A DNA stretch of 64,000 bases, taken from Lytechinus pictus (lineage: Eukaryota). The position numbers were made by a program, and so were the translations under genes. Positions 13,045 to 26,893 of the stretch are shown here, one piece after another (within the stretch, counting starts at the first letter, position 1; each line of letters begins with the position of its first letter). The notes under the pieces were generated by a model, which saw only the letters and a program-made list of their open reading frames with translations, had not been told where the DNA came from and did not search any database. The stretch lies in NCBI RefSeq assembly GCF_037042905.1, contig NC_087263.1, positions 12,774,001 through 12,838,000 of the forward strand, given 5' to 3'.

Positions 13045-13760
13045 CGGATGGATTGAGGGTTAAAACACCTTTTCTGCTTTTGAACTTTAGATCCACATGC
13101 CATCAGATTTTTTTGTATCCTTTCTTCCATCTTGCGCAAGAAAAAAGGTAACTGACTTGTGAAAAAAATTTATCTCTTTTGAAATAAAATGGTCAAAAAA
13201 GAGAAACGAAAAAGCAGTATAACAAAATGGTGAAAGTCTTCCAGCTTCAACCGATGACTAAATATATATATATATTTATACACATAGTGCTTATAAAAGA
13301 AAAGTTCACACTTAGAAGTAAACCTGCAATGGAAACATTGGTGCAGATCTCTTTAAGCAAATGACAATATAACTGTCGAAAAATCTTTTCGTTTGAGTAA
13401 GCACCACTTACTTTTGAAACGTTCGTGAAAAGGATTTGCGCAGAGCTAGGAAATAGTTAAAAAAGTATACGTTAATCATGAAGAACACATGGACTTTAAC
13501 TAGGAAGATTGATTTGAAGATATCTTTTACCCTTTTAACTTGTTTCTTGCCCAAAACACTTCATAGATCACCATTATTAGTTTCATGTGGACAGTATGTT
13601 GCCCAGGGTTGGTAAAAATTTTGGCATTTTTTGCTTAACTATTTTTAGAGTGTGAGACCAAACCCGAAGAATATACGTGAAAATATTATCCCCGTGTTGT
13701 TTATTTTTCAATTCCCGGGACTTTTTCAAACCTCTTCCACGTCAAACTCTTTATTGATAC

Positions 13761-13762
<2 letters not shown>

Positions 13763-13808
<46 letters not shown>
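13763..13808. repeat. (TA)n microsatellite
   Basis: Direct inspection. Confidence 0.9.
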
Positions 13809-13813
<5 letters not shown>

Positions 13814-13973
13814 GACAATATATGCAGTGTTGACAGTAGAAGTAATGATGGTGAATAATGATAATTCTAATAATGATAAAATTATGAATGGTAAAAACAA
13901 TGTTATTCATCTGCTGTAATCTTCAAAGGGCTCTGCAGCCTATCTCGAAGATGAAATTAAACTTGGACGCACG

Positions 13974-16570
13974 TTATGAGGAGGAGTGAGGGATATTTTC
14001 AAGGTGATTTTGCAGAAGCTTTTGGAAGCTGTCAAGCGAAACTGCATGAACTATTTGAAGAGGGAGTTTATTCCATTCAGGTACAAATCGTTGGGTAGAG
14101 GCAAATTTGTCAATATTGCCTCTTGGACGATATGTCTGAAAACACTTGTTGTGATTTCTCCTATTGACAGTGGTGGTTAAGGAAAAGAATTTGTCTTGGG
14201 GTATTGCAGCAAGGTCATTCACAATCATATACACCATGCTGAGTCTGCTTACAGTGCGTCGAGAAGACAGACTAGGCCACTTCAGCTTGGTGAGCATGCT
14301 GGTTACGCTGCTGGTTCTACGGTAATCAGCTAAAACATAGCAAGCCGCTTGCCTTTGTATTCTTTCCAAAATCTGTGTATCCATGATAGAGTGAGGATCC
14401 CAAACACTGCAGAAGTACTCTAAGTGAGGGCGTATAAGGGACTTGTATGCTGCCTCTCTGAATGATTGGGGCAGAAACCTTGTATTACGCCTGACAAAGC
14501 CTAGCTGTTGGGTAGCTTTCTTGCAGATCAGTGAGACATGGGTTGACCATTTGAAGTCGTTGGATAGGGTAATTCCGAGATATTTTCCACTCTTACAAAA
14601 TTGAAGAGCAGTGTCGTGGATGAAGTAACTGTAGTTCACTGAAGACCGAGAAGGGCAGAACCTCAGTACAAAGCATTTTCCAGGGTTGAATGACATTAGC
14701 CAGGTGTTGTCCCACTTCTGGAGTGCATCATGATCTTTCTGTAACATCCGAGCATCAGAACTACTTGAGATTTCTCAATACAACATGCAATCGTCGGCAA
14801 AGAGCCGGGTTGCAGATGAGACTTGTTGGGGAAGATCATTAACATACAGCAGAAAGAGTGTGGGGCCGAGGACAGTCCCCCGGGGGACGCCCGATGCAAC
14901 GGTACATGCTTTAGATACAACGCCTTCAAGAACTACCGACTGCTCACGATCAGTTAAGAAGCTCTGTATCCACTTGAGGTTGCGATCTTGGATCCCATAA
15001 TGTCTCAAAGTCAGGATGAGACGGTTATGTGGGACCTTGTCAAAGGCTTTGCTAAAGTCCATCATAATCCTGTCAACTTGCCTTTTACCCCTGTACGATT
15101 CAGCAAGGTCATGGGATGTTAGCAACAGTTGCATCTCACAAGAGTGTTTTCTTCTAAATCCATGTTGGCAGGGGGACAAGATGGAGTGAGAGTCAAGGTG
15201 CTTCATCACTGACGACACAACTATGTGCTCCAGTGTCTTGGAGATTATACTGGTTAAAGAGATAGGACGGTAATTTTCAGCTAACGTCTTGTCGCCCTTC
15301 TTGAAGACCGGAGCTATATGGGCTTTTTCGAATCCTTTGGAAGAACTCCAGATTTCAATGATTGGTTAAAGATGAAGGTGAGAATAGAAACTACTTCTGA
15401 GGCCGTCTCTTTCAAAAGGCTGGCTGGGATGTTATCCGGACCAGTGGCTTTGGATGCGTCTAGTCCCCTCAGAAGCTTCTCAACACCATTGACATGGACT
15501 GAAATATCTTCCATTGATGGATATCGAGAAGGAAGAATGTTAGGCAGAAGGACATTATCCGGTTCTGTAGTGAAAACCGATTCAAACTGACGACTAAGGA
15601 TGTCTGCATTTTCTTGGCTGCAAGATTTCAGGCATCCTTCAGAAAGAAGTTGCTGAATAGCTGTCTTACTAGGGATATACTTCTCCTTTAGGTATGTCAA
15701 TTTACATTTCAATGATTCCCAGTTCAAATTGACAGACTTGGCGCCAGGACTGTTGATAAAGAATTCTTCAGAGAAGGACCGAAGCTCAGATCTGATCTGA
15801 GCAAAGTCTGCTTTCTTATAATTGTAGACTCTGTGAGCTTTACTTTTTTGATGTTTGACAGTACCGGTGAAGTCAATCTGTACAACAAAATCATGATCGG
15901 TGATCCCCGGAATCGGCTTGACAGAGTCAATCAATGTAGGGTTAGTAGTAAATAAAATATCTAGCATATTCTGTTGTCTCGTTGGGAAGTTCACGACCTG
16001 TTGGTGATTATGGTGGCTAGCAATATTAAGAAGAAGGGTACATGGTTGGGCACTACTTTTGTAGACTCTTGCAGGGCAAGGCTTGACTTAATCAGAGTCC
16101 TAATCAATGTCCGGCATGTTAAAATCACCAGCAAGTACCTTGTTAGCATCAGGAGGAAGTTTACCAAAGGAAACATTCAGGAAGTTTACCCAAGGAAACT
16201 TCAAGCCCAGGAAGGCCATTAGGATCATTATAATGAGGGTTGTAAAACACTCCGAGATATACATCTTTCTGGCCGTGGGACCTCAGCTTAGTCCATAGTA
16301 CTTCGAAATCAGCGTCATATTCAGGAAGAGCTACTGCGAGCAGCGTTTTCCTAATAACTTCAATGAGGACACCCCCATGACCATCATTGCGGTCTTTCCG
16401 CCATATGTCATACGTATCAAGATGTGCTGGAAAAAGCTCAGAGTTAGTAATAGTATCGTTTCCCCAAGTTTCAATATTATATCTGGATGAACAGAATTGA
16501 TAAGATTGGTTAGGGATTCGACTTTGTTTCTGAGACCTTGGAAATTGATGACTACAGCTCTCAGTTTCCT
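13974..16570 (-). pseudogene. Frameshifted endonuclease/reverse transcriptase ORF of the LINE
   Basis: Split over ORF-track fragments 16331-16777, 15314-15994, 14775-15218 and 13974-14747 by frameshifts and stops. There is an apparent internal deletion near 15660 (YIPSK joined almost directly to ENADILSRQFESVF). Confidence 0.9.
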
Positions 16571-16796
16571 ATTACCAGATTGCGGAGACTTCTTACAAGA
16601 AGGTGAAGGAGGCTTGCCACCACTCGTACTCGTTGGTGAGGACATATCAATTGGTGCGAAGAGACTTGTCCTCAAGTAGAGATGAAAAACTGTTCGAACA
16701 TTCAATCTCAGAGGAGCTATCGAATAAGGACGATGCAAAGTTTGGCATGCCGCATGAATAGGAGATCCAACTAACATTCGATGCCTGAAGGCCTTC

Positions 16797-17273
16797 TTAC
16801 GACGATGTGTGCATGTTCAGACATTTTACATAGTACCAAATATCATAAGAATCACAGCATATACCACGTTGATTCAATCTTACCGATTTCTTGCACAGAC
16901 CACATGGATATTTAATAGGGCCTGGATTAATCTGAACATCATTAGATAATGTCAAGGCAAGAAGCAGGACACAGGATGGAAGCTTAGCTTTATCAATCTT
17001 TACATAAATATCAGGATTATGACAGAGTGTAACCTTGATCAGATTTCCACACTTCAAGTTAAGCACACACAACTCTCTAATTTGAGATTGCAGAAATAAT
17101 GGAAAGTTTTTACTTGAGATTTGTTGATAACTAGTATGAGACTGGTTGAATTTGATGTGACCGGTGACAGTGTCATAGCTGGAAAATTCTGTAGATGTAG
17201 GAAGCAGGCTGGAAATGATGAGTATGAATGTGAGCAGAAACAAAGCTGGTGTAAAATAAATCATGATGACCAA
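16797..17273 (-). pseudogene. LINE 5' coding region: signal-like leader, 2A-like peptide, PHD finger
   Basis: MIYFTPALFLLTFILIISSLLP...VLLLALTLSNDVQINPGPIKYPCGLCKKSV...CCDSYDIWYYVKC; at least two zinc ligands appear mutated. Confidence 0.8.
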
Positions 17274-17919
17274 GTCCCAAAATTGCAGAAACAGATGAAG
17301 AAAATTAAAGTATATAGTCCGCCAGGTCCTTGTATTGAAGCAAAAACAATGTCCAAACTGGATTCAAAATGGCAGAATTCCCGCCGGGAAGTGCATACGT
17401 CATAGATGGAGGGAGACGCACAAAACATTAGAAGTTATGGATGGGACTGTAGCATTCCATTGCACACATCGGGCTGGTAGGATCAAATTTTGAAAGTCTA
17501 TTTTACACTATATCCTTGGACTCAAAAGGGCTAAAATGTGCTCCAATATCATGACGAAACGTAATCCAACAAAAAGATGAGTCCATTAAATTAACAAAAA
17601 ATTAAAAATAAAGACAATTAAACAAAAAACGGGCAGTGCCCGCAGCACGTCCTCCTCACACGCGCGTCCGTCTAACCTTAACAGTAATGATGATTTTATA
17701 AACAAGGGTGACTACGATGAATTAATATACCTTTATACGTGTACATAGTTCTAAGTAATAAATTTAGGCTATCATATTGTATTCTTTGCTTTATGCTTAC
17801 GGTCCCGATGAAGATCGAAAGCTAGACTACTAACAAAGGAGGACTTTATATAAACTACGACAGTCTCATAGCCAATTTATTGCATTTACACACACTTACA
17901 CACACTTTCAGCTTTCAAT

Positions 17920-18600
17920 CGTATCTCATTTAATGGTTAGCTTTTGGCCAGTTCGGCCTTCATCAGGCATTTATGTATTCAAACAAAACAGAACAGAATA
18001 AAACCATACAAACAAAATCGTAATATCAACAAAGTAAATAAAGGGTAACAAAAAGTACAGAACAGAAGGGTAACAGTAAAATAACAAAAATAATAACAAA
18101 AGAGGGTGTAATGAATTAAACGAGATGGTTGTGTACAATTGAAAGCGTTTTGGTAACTTAAACTGTGAAGAAAGACAAGGTATTTACCGGCAAAGGAGAT
18201 TAACTGGGGTTTCTGGGCATCTGTAAGGGTGGTTAGTCTTGTGTAGTATGTACTGAAATTAAAATAAAGGATAACGAATCATGTGAAATGACATCTAGTT
18301 TCAGTATTACATATTTAAACACATAAATATATATATTGATATATTTATACGTTTACATAATATTCAAATAATCAAGATATATATATAAAGGAAGAGGGCC
18401 CTTTGCACAACGTATGTTGCAGCGCGTCATGTTCTATGTATAGGCGTAAAATAACCCAGGCATTAGACACTAGACGTAGCTTTCATGGTTTAATCTCATT
18501 TAATGCTAGCCTTCGGCCAATAGGGCCTTCATCAGGCCGGCAAAGGAGATTAACTTGGGTTTCTGGGCATCTGGAGGGGTTAGTCTTGTGTAGTATGTAC
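17920..18600 (-). mobile_element. Penelope-like/retrozyme-like tandem repeat remnants with hammerhead-like cores
   Basis: Two minus-strand CTGATGAAGGCC-loop-GGCC(G/A)AA motifs (17940-17967, 18509-18536) share the flank ATCTCATTTAATG. A ~65-bp block is duplicated at 18187-18253 and 18537-18600. Confidence 0.5.
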
Positions 18601-21541
18601 TAATATTCCAGTGCAGGAGAGAGTGTGTCAAAGGTCGACAGCGGAGTCCCGGGGTCAGGCGGGCACGCTGTGATGAGCAGTCGTACGTACGTGAAAGCAC
18701 GGGATTTTCTCATGTCACAACTTGCGAATGACATTCATGGTGTCGCATGCGTTGATCTAGACATGTCGCTGTATCTGTCCCCAAAGATAGGGGGACTAGG
18801 GGCTGGAAACGTTTAAAAGCAAAAAAAAAAAAAGGTTTCCACTCAAAATGTAAGGTCATTTAGTCCAAAATAAGAGCTCACTTGCAAAAGGGGTTACGTC
18901 CATTTTTCATCAAATTTTATGTTGATGTCTTATTGTATATACATTTTTAGTAGCTTTATAAGATTATACAAAAAAAATTGAAATTCCTATTAAAAAGTGA
19001 ACTAAAATGGCAAACAAAAATCACTTTTTTTCAAAAGGGGTTAGGTCACTCTGATGATACCAAAGACAATTTGAGATTCAAATGAAAACGTGAATGAAAG
19101 TGGCAAAGAAAATTCCCTTTTTTAATCAAAAGAGATTGGATTCATTTCAGTTTACTTGCAAAAGGGGTTAGGTCCACAATGATAATTAATTTTTAATATA
19201 TAGAAAAAAATTGAAGACAGGTAGATTTCTTTTATACCCAATTTTATGGTCACATGATAGGGTAGTACATCATGACAATTTAGTTTCTCATAAGAATATT
19301 GCAATAAGTGAAAATAAAAAACATGGTTTTTCTCAGAATGGTCCAAAGTGGTCCTTTTGCAACTAAACTCTTCGATTGTGAATGATGTATTTTTCTCCAT
19401 CATAAAAGACCAAAAATAGTATAGAGGACATTTGATATTGTATCCCCGTACTACTTTTGGTAGGGGGGACGCGTCCCCCTGTCCCCCATGGGATTTCCGC
19501 CCATGATACCATATATGTAGTATCAACAAAAAATTATGCACACGAACCGCAGATCTAATGTTGCCGTACTCGAGGTTGCTGAAAGTGTCCAGTTGTCGCT
19601 CTGCGACGTACGGATACCGTAAATGTATTGAAAACGTCCGACAAAGAAAAGCTATGAGGTCTTTGCCAAAAATGGGTAAACCGAAACAACAGTTTCATCC
19701 TAAATTCCAGAACTGAAGTAAAATTGCAAAATGTCGTTTGTCCAGAGTCAAGGGCGAGACTGCGGTTTTGAATCACCATTTTTGTGAAAAGACCTCATAG
19801 TTGTCCCTTGTCATGAATGGCATTTGACAATATATTGTCTCTGTTCTTGAACCGTCCTTAATACGTCACGGAGCGAAAACTCTCTAGTGCACTGTGACGT
19901 AAACCGTTTATACGATACCCTCTTTATAGCTCATCTCCTTTATGTATAACTCTGGCGGGAAAACCCCTTCCGGAGCAAAATAAACACGTTTTTACGATTG
20001 AGACATCCGCAAGAATATACCTGGGGAATCGATAGATATGGAAAGTTTCCGTCTCATTAATGGTTGTGAGAATCGAAATATGGAATTCTTCACTAGCGCC
20101 GGAAGAGGGCAAATGAAATGTATACTACACCAGTAAATTTATTCAAGTATAATCGAAATGTAACTGGTGACTGATCGAGTTTTTCATTGAGGGTCGAAAT
20201 AATAAAACTTTTCATGCTTGTATTGCATGATAAAAGATACATAGAAAGCAAGTAATAATTAATTGTCACTGGCAGCGTAACAAAGTTGAGCTTAGCTAAC
20301 AATGTGTGTGTGGCTGTATGTCTGACAATTTCGTCAATTTCTCTCATTTTGGGACTGGCCTTTTTTATTCAATTCAATTCAGTTATTGACAAAAGTCTCA
20401 ATAAAAAAAAATCACACCAAACATGCACAATTATCAATCAAAGATAACTGAAAGAAACGATCAAAATAAATGCCTACAATAACGATGGATAAACAAAATA
20501 CGCAACCTTAACAAAATGTTGAAAAGTGGAGGGAAAAACAAGGTCCGGCGGTCATGGAAGTTTCCCTTATCTTCAAGGTCTACATGCGTATTGTGTAACC
20601 CTCACGTATAAAAAAATACAATTTTGATAGCTTTTCAAAGAAATGTTACGTTTTTAGACGCACGGTTAAAAAACGAAGCACCGGACATAACTTAATTACC
20701 TGATAACGACAAAACCTATGTTTATATAAACAAATCTTAAACCTAGGCAGGGTCAGCCAAACAATCAACAACTCTGCGATGAAAACTTACATAAACCGAA
20801 CAATGAATGCGAAATTACAAAACAAGTACAAATAACAAGAAAACACAAAATAATCCCTCTTTCCGGCGGCTGGTTTAATATCTACATAAGATTTGTGGTG
20901 ATGGATGGGTACAACTGCCATTTGATTTTTGTTTTTGAATAGGAATTTCAATTTTATAGAAGGAGAACTGGAAGTAATGTATTACCTTTCAGGAGAATAA
21001 TAGTATTCGGAAACTATACATCTTAAAAGTTGCGCCCACACTGATTGCAAACTTGGGGAACGTTTATAATTTTCCATAAATTCTGTATACCTACATGTGA
21101 ATTAAGCGTATAACCTCATTGGCGTTTCCGAATACACACTTATCAGCCATACACACTTATCGGTCACGGAGTTGCCCTAAATAATATACAATAACAATAT
21201 TTCTCATTTCCTAGTTAGTGTATTTTAACTTAGCTTCGAATATTTCTTTTGTTTTGTTTTTTATTGTTTGTGACTGTGTTTCTCCTTCTTTGTAAATGGT
21301 GCTGACACACAGCCAGGGCCAGTGTCATTAAACTTGTTATAATAAACTCGCAATAACAGTTAAAAACCGACATCCCTCTGATCTGATTGGCTGATGGTTA
21401 ATGTTTTATAGAAACTGTGCATTTGTTACTATGACAAGTCTTTACGGAACCCTTGGGATCTTTGACAGATGTTTGATTGTGACTTGTAAGTCATGCTTAA
21501 ATGCTGACGCGCATGATGTAACGCGCGTTCTCTTACTATTA

Positions 21542-21988
21542 CCGTGTTTACACTTAATCGGCATTTGCTTCTGAACCAATTGCTGATGCAGAATCGGCAT
21601 TTGGATTGCGTTTACATGTTGTTACAGCTCGCGGTTCAGAACCGCGATCCGATGCAAAAACTTGAAATGATACGCATACCTACAATATACGTCATAATAA
21701 AGACAATGCTGGATCAGTGCGCTAACAATTACGTCACAATGGTAAAGTAATTGAAATGCGCACAAATTGCCGGTGCAGAATCGGCTTTCTGTTTACACGT
21801 AGTAAAAAAGCCGATTCTGCATCGGCTCGCGGTTCAGAACCTACTACTTTGGTGGTGCAAATTGCCGGTTCTGAACCGCGAGCCGATTCAAGTTGCTCGC
21901 GTTTACACGCTATGAAAAAGCCGATGCTGAATCGGCTCGCGGTTCAGAACCGCGAGCCGATTCAAATGCCGATTAAGTGTAAACACGG
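21542..21988. mobile_element. Palindromic MITE
   Basis: Perfect TIR CCGTGTTTACACTTAATCGGCATTTG, TA on both flanks, internal GGTTCAGAACCGCGA palindromic repeats. Confidence 0.85.
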
Positions 21989-24197
21989 TATATGATTCAA
22001 CCAAATGCGGTGATGCCTTTTATACCACGCGCAACTTGGAATTTAATTGCGATTTGCAATTGATTGCAAATCGATTTCAGGTCCACAAATCACTTGAAAT
22101 CCATGCCTTCCTCCATTCCTTTCATTGCCATTTTGCAATAGCTTGGCCTCTTGCGTCAACAAATATAAATTGATTTGTTTCAGTTAAAATTGATCTATCA
22201 CTTGTAAATTTGCACCGGAAATTGGCAATGGAATGCAAAATTTTTCTTGCAATACCCACTAGGTCACATCTTACTCTGCATTTTGTGGGACCACCCCTGG
22301 GGCGGTATTCTGAAGAAAAAAAATCTTAATAAATTTAATGTTAATTTTCATGTTATCTCTCTGATTAAACATGCCCCTAACATACCCACGAACATTTTTG
22401 TCACCGTAGCCCAACGTTCTGTCCCATTTATTTATATCAATGTTTTGCATAATTGATATCAAGAAATGCATTTTGTTAACAGCAAAAGTGATTCTTCATA
22501 ATTATAAGGGATTTGAATCATCTATATGTGATCAGGTGATGAGCCATCCCAGTACCAACAATACGTCGCCAAAAATGAAGTTTGACATTTTCATTAACCT
22601 AAAAAGAAACGCGGACTAAGCTTCAAAATGATACAAAATGATTCAACAACGACCCACACAATCATTTGATTGGATATAGAAGAAACTTAGGAAAAACAGG
22701 ATGTAGAAGAAACTTAGAAAAAAAGAGGAAACTTAGAAAAAACAAATGATAATGTATACAATATCATTCTTGTTCACTCTAAAATGATATTGTATACATT
22801 ATGTAGTCTTTGTGAAACTCCCAATCATCTCGGAACCTTGTGTCAAAGAAACTCTTGTATCTTGTTTTCGCTTAAACAATAAAACTTCAAATATAGACAG
22901 TCTCAAGACGAGGAATTTCTCTTTCAAATAAGCTACTTCTCTCATTTTCATTTTTAAAGACCAAATTACGAGTTTTGGTTATTTACAGCGAACCCTCCCT
23001 CAGCAACTTACTGTTGGTATTAGGTTGGCTGCTCACAATATTCTTGTCTTGATATGAAAAAAAAATAGAAAAAGGACACAGCTAGCGATATCCTCCGTCC
23101 GTAGGCATACAGTGGACAAACGGTTCTGGCGTGGCAACCCTATCATATTCAAAGAAGAGAAAATCTCTCAAACAAATGAACAAAAATTGTAAGCCTAGAT
23201 TTATTGGGGACTAACGATCTCTTGGATATTGATGAGCGCATCTAATTAGCATAAAGCCAATAATAGTTCATGATTATTTCCAAGAAACTGAGAACTATCG
23301 TAAACAAGATTTGAAGTCAACACCTTGCTTTTTAGGGGTCGTTGAACGGATAACCAAATAAAGAAATATAGCGATTTTAGAAAATATTTGTTTCAATTAT
23401 TTCATCTTTTAAAAGTTCAATCTTATTAATAGCTAGAAGTTTTATATCGCGCCTTTCGCATAACGGCTCAAACCGCTTTACAGCATATCATTACCCCGGT
23501 CATTGGATTCATTTCAATCCTGTACGAAAAGTGCACAATTTCCTTCCCCTGAGGAACATTCCTTGCATTCATTGCACGCTTACACGCTTAGAGGGAAATT
23601 GGTGCAACAGAAAACAAAAAAGCACGCTATAAAACTGACACCATTTTCTATCATACCTAACATTGCTGTTGTTTCCATCTTATTTCATTATTTTGTCTTC
23701 CGTCCGGCATCCGTAATGCAATCAAAAGCTGCAATTAAAAATAAGTTTTCAAATTTTTAGGTAAAAGGAACATGCATGTTTGTTGGGGGGAAAACCAAAG
23801 CATAATTCTGTGCGAGTTTCACGCAATAGTGTGTTGAAATTACCAATGATAATTGTTTTTTGTTACCCGGCCAACAAACATAGAATGTTTCCTTTTCAGT
23901 TAATGCCAAGTAACATTTTACGAACCTTTTTTCAGCTTGGGCAATCGATATCTTTGTTGCAAGCCCAGTTTGCTCGAAACTTCCCAAAACCTATCAAAAT
24001 TCTACTTTCATATTTGCACCCTGATCACATTTTTATTTGAAAAAAAACCCCAGCAACCAAAATCAACAATGTGGTAGAAAAAAGTCCAACAACATAACCG
24101 TGTTATTTTGTACGCATTCTTTTCTTTTAATTTACGTAGATGTACCATACTAGTTTCCCTGAAAAAAATAATAACATTTGCTTCAAAGTTCCACAAC

Positions 24198-24390
24198 CAG
24201 GCGCGGATCCAGGGGGGGGGGGGCACAGGGGGCAATTTTTAATGTACAAATGCCATTAAAACAGAGGTGTGTCCCCCTTTTTTTTTTTTTGCTTGTCAAA
24301 TTTTTCCGGATACGAAATATCGTTAATTTGTGGTTGAAAACCTTTTTTTTTGCTCGTCAAAATTTTCCTCCAAAAAATTTGCCCCCCCCA
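24198..24390. mobile_element. Fragment of a CAGGCGCGGATCC G-tract (hAT-like) MITE
   Basis: Same type of terminus as 8348 and 37339. Confidence 0.5.
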
Positions 24391-26595
24391 ATCATACAAA
24401 TCGCAACATCTGATGTATAATGGCAAGTCGATGAAGAAGTAGCATTCAATTTATCCTGACTTTTTTTCTTTCGTCTTCGTCTCTGCTTGAAAGATCATTC
24501 GGTGGAATCACTTAGCTTAATTGATGAAAATTATTTAAGAAGGAGAGAGAGTGAGAGAGACGGGGTGGGGGCATGCTAGGCTTTCGAACAGTTTCCGGTC
24601 GTCGGGGATGATGAACGAGCGCTGAGTTTAAAAAGGGTTACGATGATATTTGGAAACAAGTTATGAACACATTGTGTAGCGCGTGACCAATTATTGAAGG
24701 TTGTTTTATCAAATTCATATTCTGGAGTTGTCTATTAGAAAAAAAAAGTTTCCAAGTTTCAGAGTCTTAAAATAGCATTAAATTAAATGGTGGCATGACC
24801 GAATGGATGAGGCACTTGAATAACGGTGGACATACTGATAAATAATCAGAGGAGTGATATGCTATTTCTCATTACATTTCTTCTTTTATGATTTCCAACT
24901 AAAGAAATGAAAGATCCACAATATTACATGGTGGAGAACCCGGGCATCGGTCCCAGTACCTCTCGCAACATGAAAGGATAACAGAAAGGTATATACATAC
25001 TACATAAACACTATCGACGCTACATGCATTGCACCCATCTTCCAACCATTGTGGGATCGTGACGAAGAACGAAGAACGTCATTATCCGTACATGGGTCTG
25101 CAGATTACCAAGCTCAACAAAATTTGCAGGTAGGCAACAAGAATTCAAAATTGCATTCACTAACAAAAAGTTAGCTGAAGGGATAACAATTCACTGAAAC
25201 TTGCTGGGGAAAAAAAAATCTGGTGAAACCAAAAACTTATCACCAAAGTTGCTTTCTTCCATCTACATTAAACCCCCAAACTTGGAAAAGTAGGTTTTCT
25301 ACCCTTCGCCTTCGAAGGGTTATTACTCGTTGACTCATGACATTTTACGCAAGCATTTCAGTATAGAACTTAACCGGGTATTCGTGATGTAACTGAAATT
25401 CGAACTATCGGTTACCCTTTTTAGGACACATCCTGTAGTATTAATTTGAGCTAATTACGTTTTTTTCTCGACATGCTTGGAAGTATGGCACATGCCAACT
25501 GGAGCTTCATTTACTCTTGCTCTCGAAAGGATACGAGAGTGGAAAGGGGATTTTTTTCCCGATCTACGAAATTCTGTAATTTCTGGGGTTTTGAACGTAA
25601 ATTATCATTAGGTAGGAAAATGGTTGTGATGGTTGTATTCGCATTTTATGTTCCAGAAGTTCACAAAAGGTTGGCAGATGTTTTTTACTGACGTCAGCTA
25701 TCTTCTTTTACCTCAAAGTGCATTTCAAGGTTTACGCAACTTCTAATCCCTCACGCACGGTGACACACCTTTTCATTATCTCGTATTTGTAATCTTTTTA
25801 ACCCATTCAGCGGGAGCGCAGGTGTCCAGACATTCATGTAGCGATACAAGATTCCATTTAATTAAGTGCCGAAATTTACATTACAACGAAATAATTATCT
25901 ATGAATAAGTTTGTGGCCTCAGCTGTCCGCCTACGTGTGGTTCAATCAGCATCGGAAACACCGAAACGTTGCTTGCGTTGGATGAAGAAAAAAGTGAAGT
26001 CATAATGGAAAAGATATGAAAAAACAATTAAGATAATAATAATCGATAGATATGTCCATACAACATCATTATCTCATACATGTATTATATTTTGCTGCAT
26101 GCTAATAAACACACGTAGGCATTTTTATATTTGGTTTATCATATTTCATATTAAAAAGAATGTGATTTTAATTTCATGACACACTGCAAAATACTCTTCA
26201 AAACGACATAATTACTTATAAACTTTTCCATGAATTAATTGCGGGTGGATTTATGATTATGTAGAGTGTATTCATACATGAAATCTTAAGGTATTATTTG
26301 GGTCTACTTCTTTTGAGATATATATCGTTCAGTAGGATAATAAAAGGCATGTCCAGGCAGGCCTATATAAAAAATATTTTGTTTTATACGATCGGATGAT
26401 TTAATCATTACCCCCGCCACCTGTTTTTATGATCTCTTAGAAGGTATTTCAAATAAAATACATGCTTTCATAATATACTTTCATGCTCTATTTTCTATTA
26501 AATTGCACGCTTCCTAAAAATGGCAGAAAGTGGGGCGAGGCAACAGATTTCTGTCCGTCATGACAACAAGCAGTGTTGTGGAAATTCATTACGTG

Positions 26596-26893
26596 CACTG
26601 TAAAAAAAAACCTGATTTTACAGAAAAAAAGAAGATTTCGCAGAAAGCAATAACAGAATCATTCTATAAATTCATAAAACAGGAATTTTCTGCAATTTAA
26701 TAGAACAGGTCTCTTTAAAAAGGGGAAAATGGTGATTTATTCAAGAAAATTTGTAAGGTTCCAAACACAAAATACCAATTTCCTGTAATTTTACATGATA
26801 TAATGTAAGATTACGTTCTGGTAAGATTACAGGTGTTCTCGGGACTCTGCTGCAGGAACTTCTTTTATTTTAAGGATACATTTTCTAACAGTG
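26596..26893. mobile_element. CACTA/EnSpm-like MITE
   Basis: CACTGTAAAAAA..TTTTCTAACAGTG termini with 2-bp TSD TG. Confidence 0.65.

Larger units (their letters stand above)
13910..17680 (-). mobile_element. Near full-length, decayed APE-type non-LTR retrotransposon (CR1/L2/Ingi-group-like; clade not resolved); outer boundaries approximate
   Basis: Minus-strand fragments in order: hydrophobic leader, 2A-like DVQINPGP, PHD finger (CGLC..CCDS..W..VKC), AP endonuclease (VVINFQGLRNK, PTRQQNMLDILFT, ITDHD), RT (KATGPDNIP, DFSKAFDKV, GVPRGTVLGPTLFLLYVNDL, LFADD) and C-terminal PEWNKLP. Confidence 0.93.

Noticed and set aside
17625..17680. Possible HDV-like ribozyme at the LINE 5' end
   Set aside because: GC-rich, but the nested double-pseudoknot pairings could not be built by eye on the element's sense strand.
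24905..25130. Exon-like open stretches upstream of the cystine-knot gene
   Set aside because: No consistent acceptor/donor pair and no recognisable protein; it could be UTR but is unsupported.
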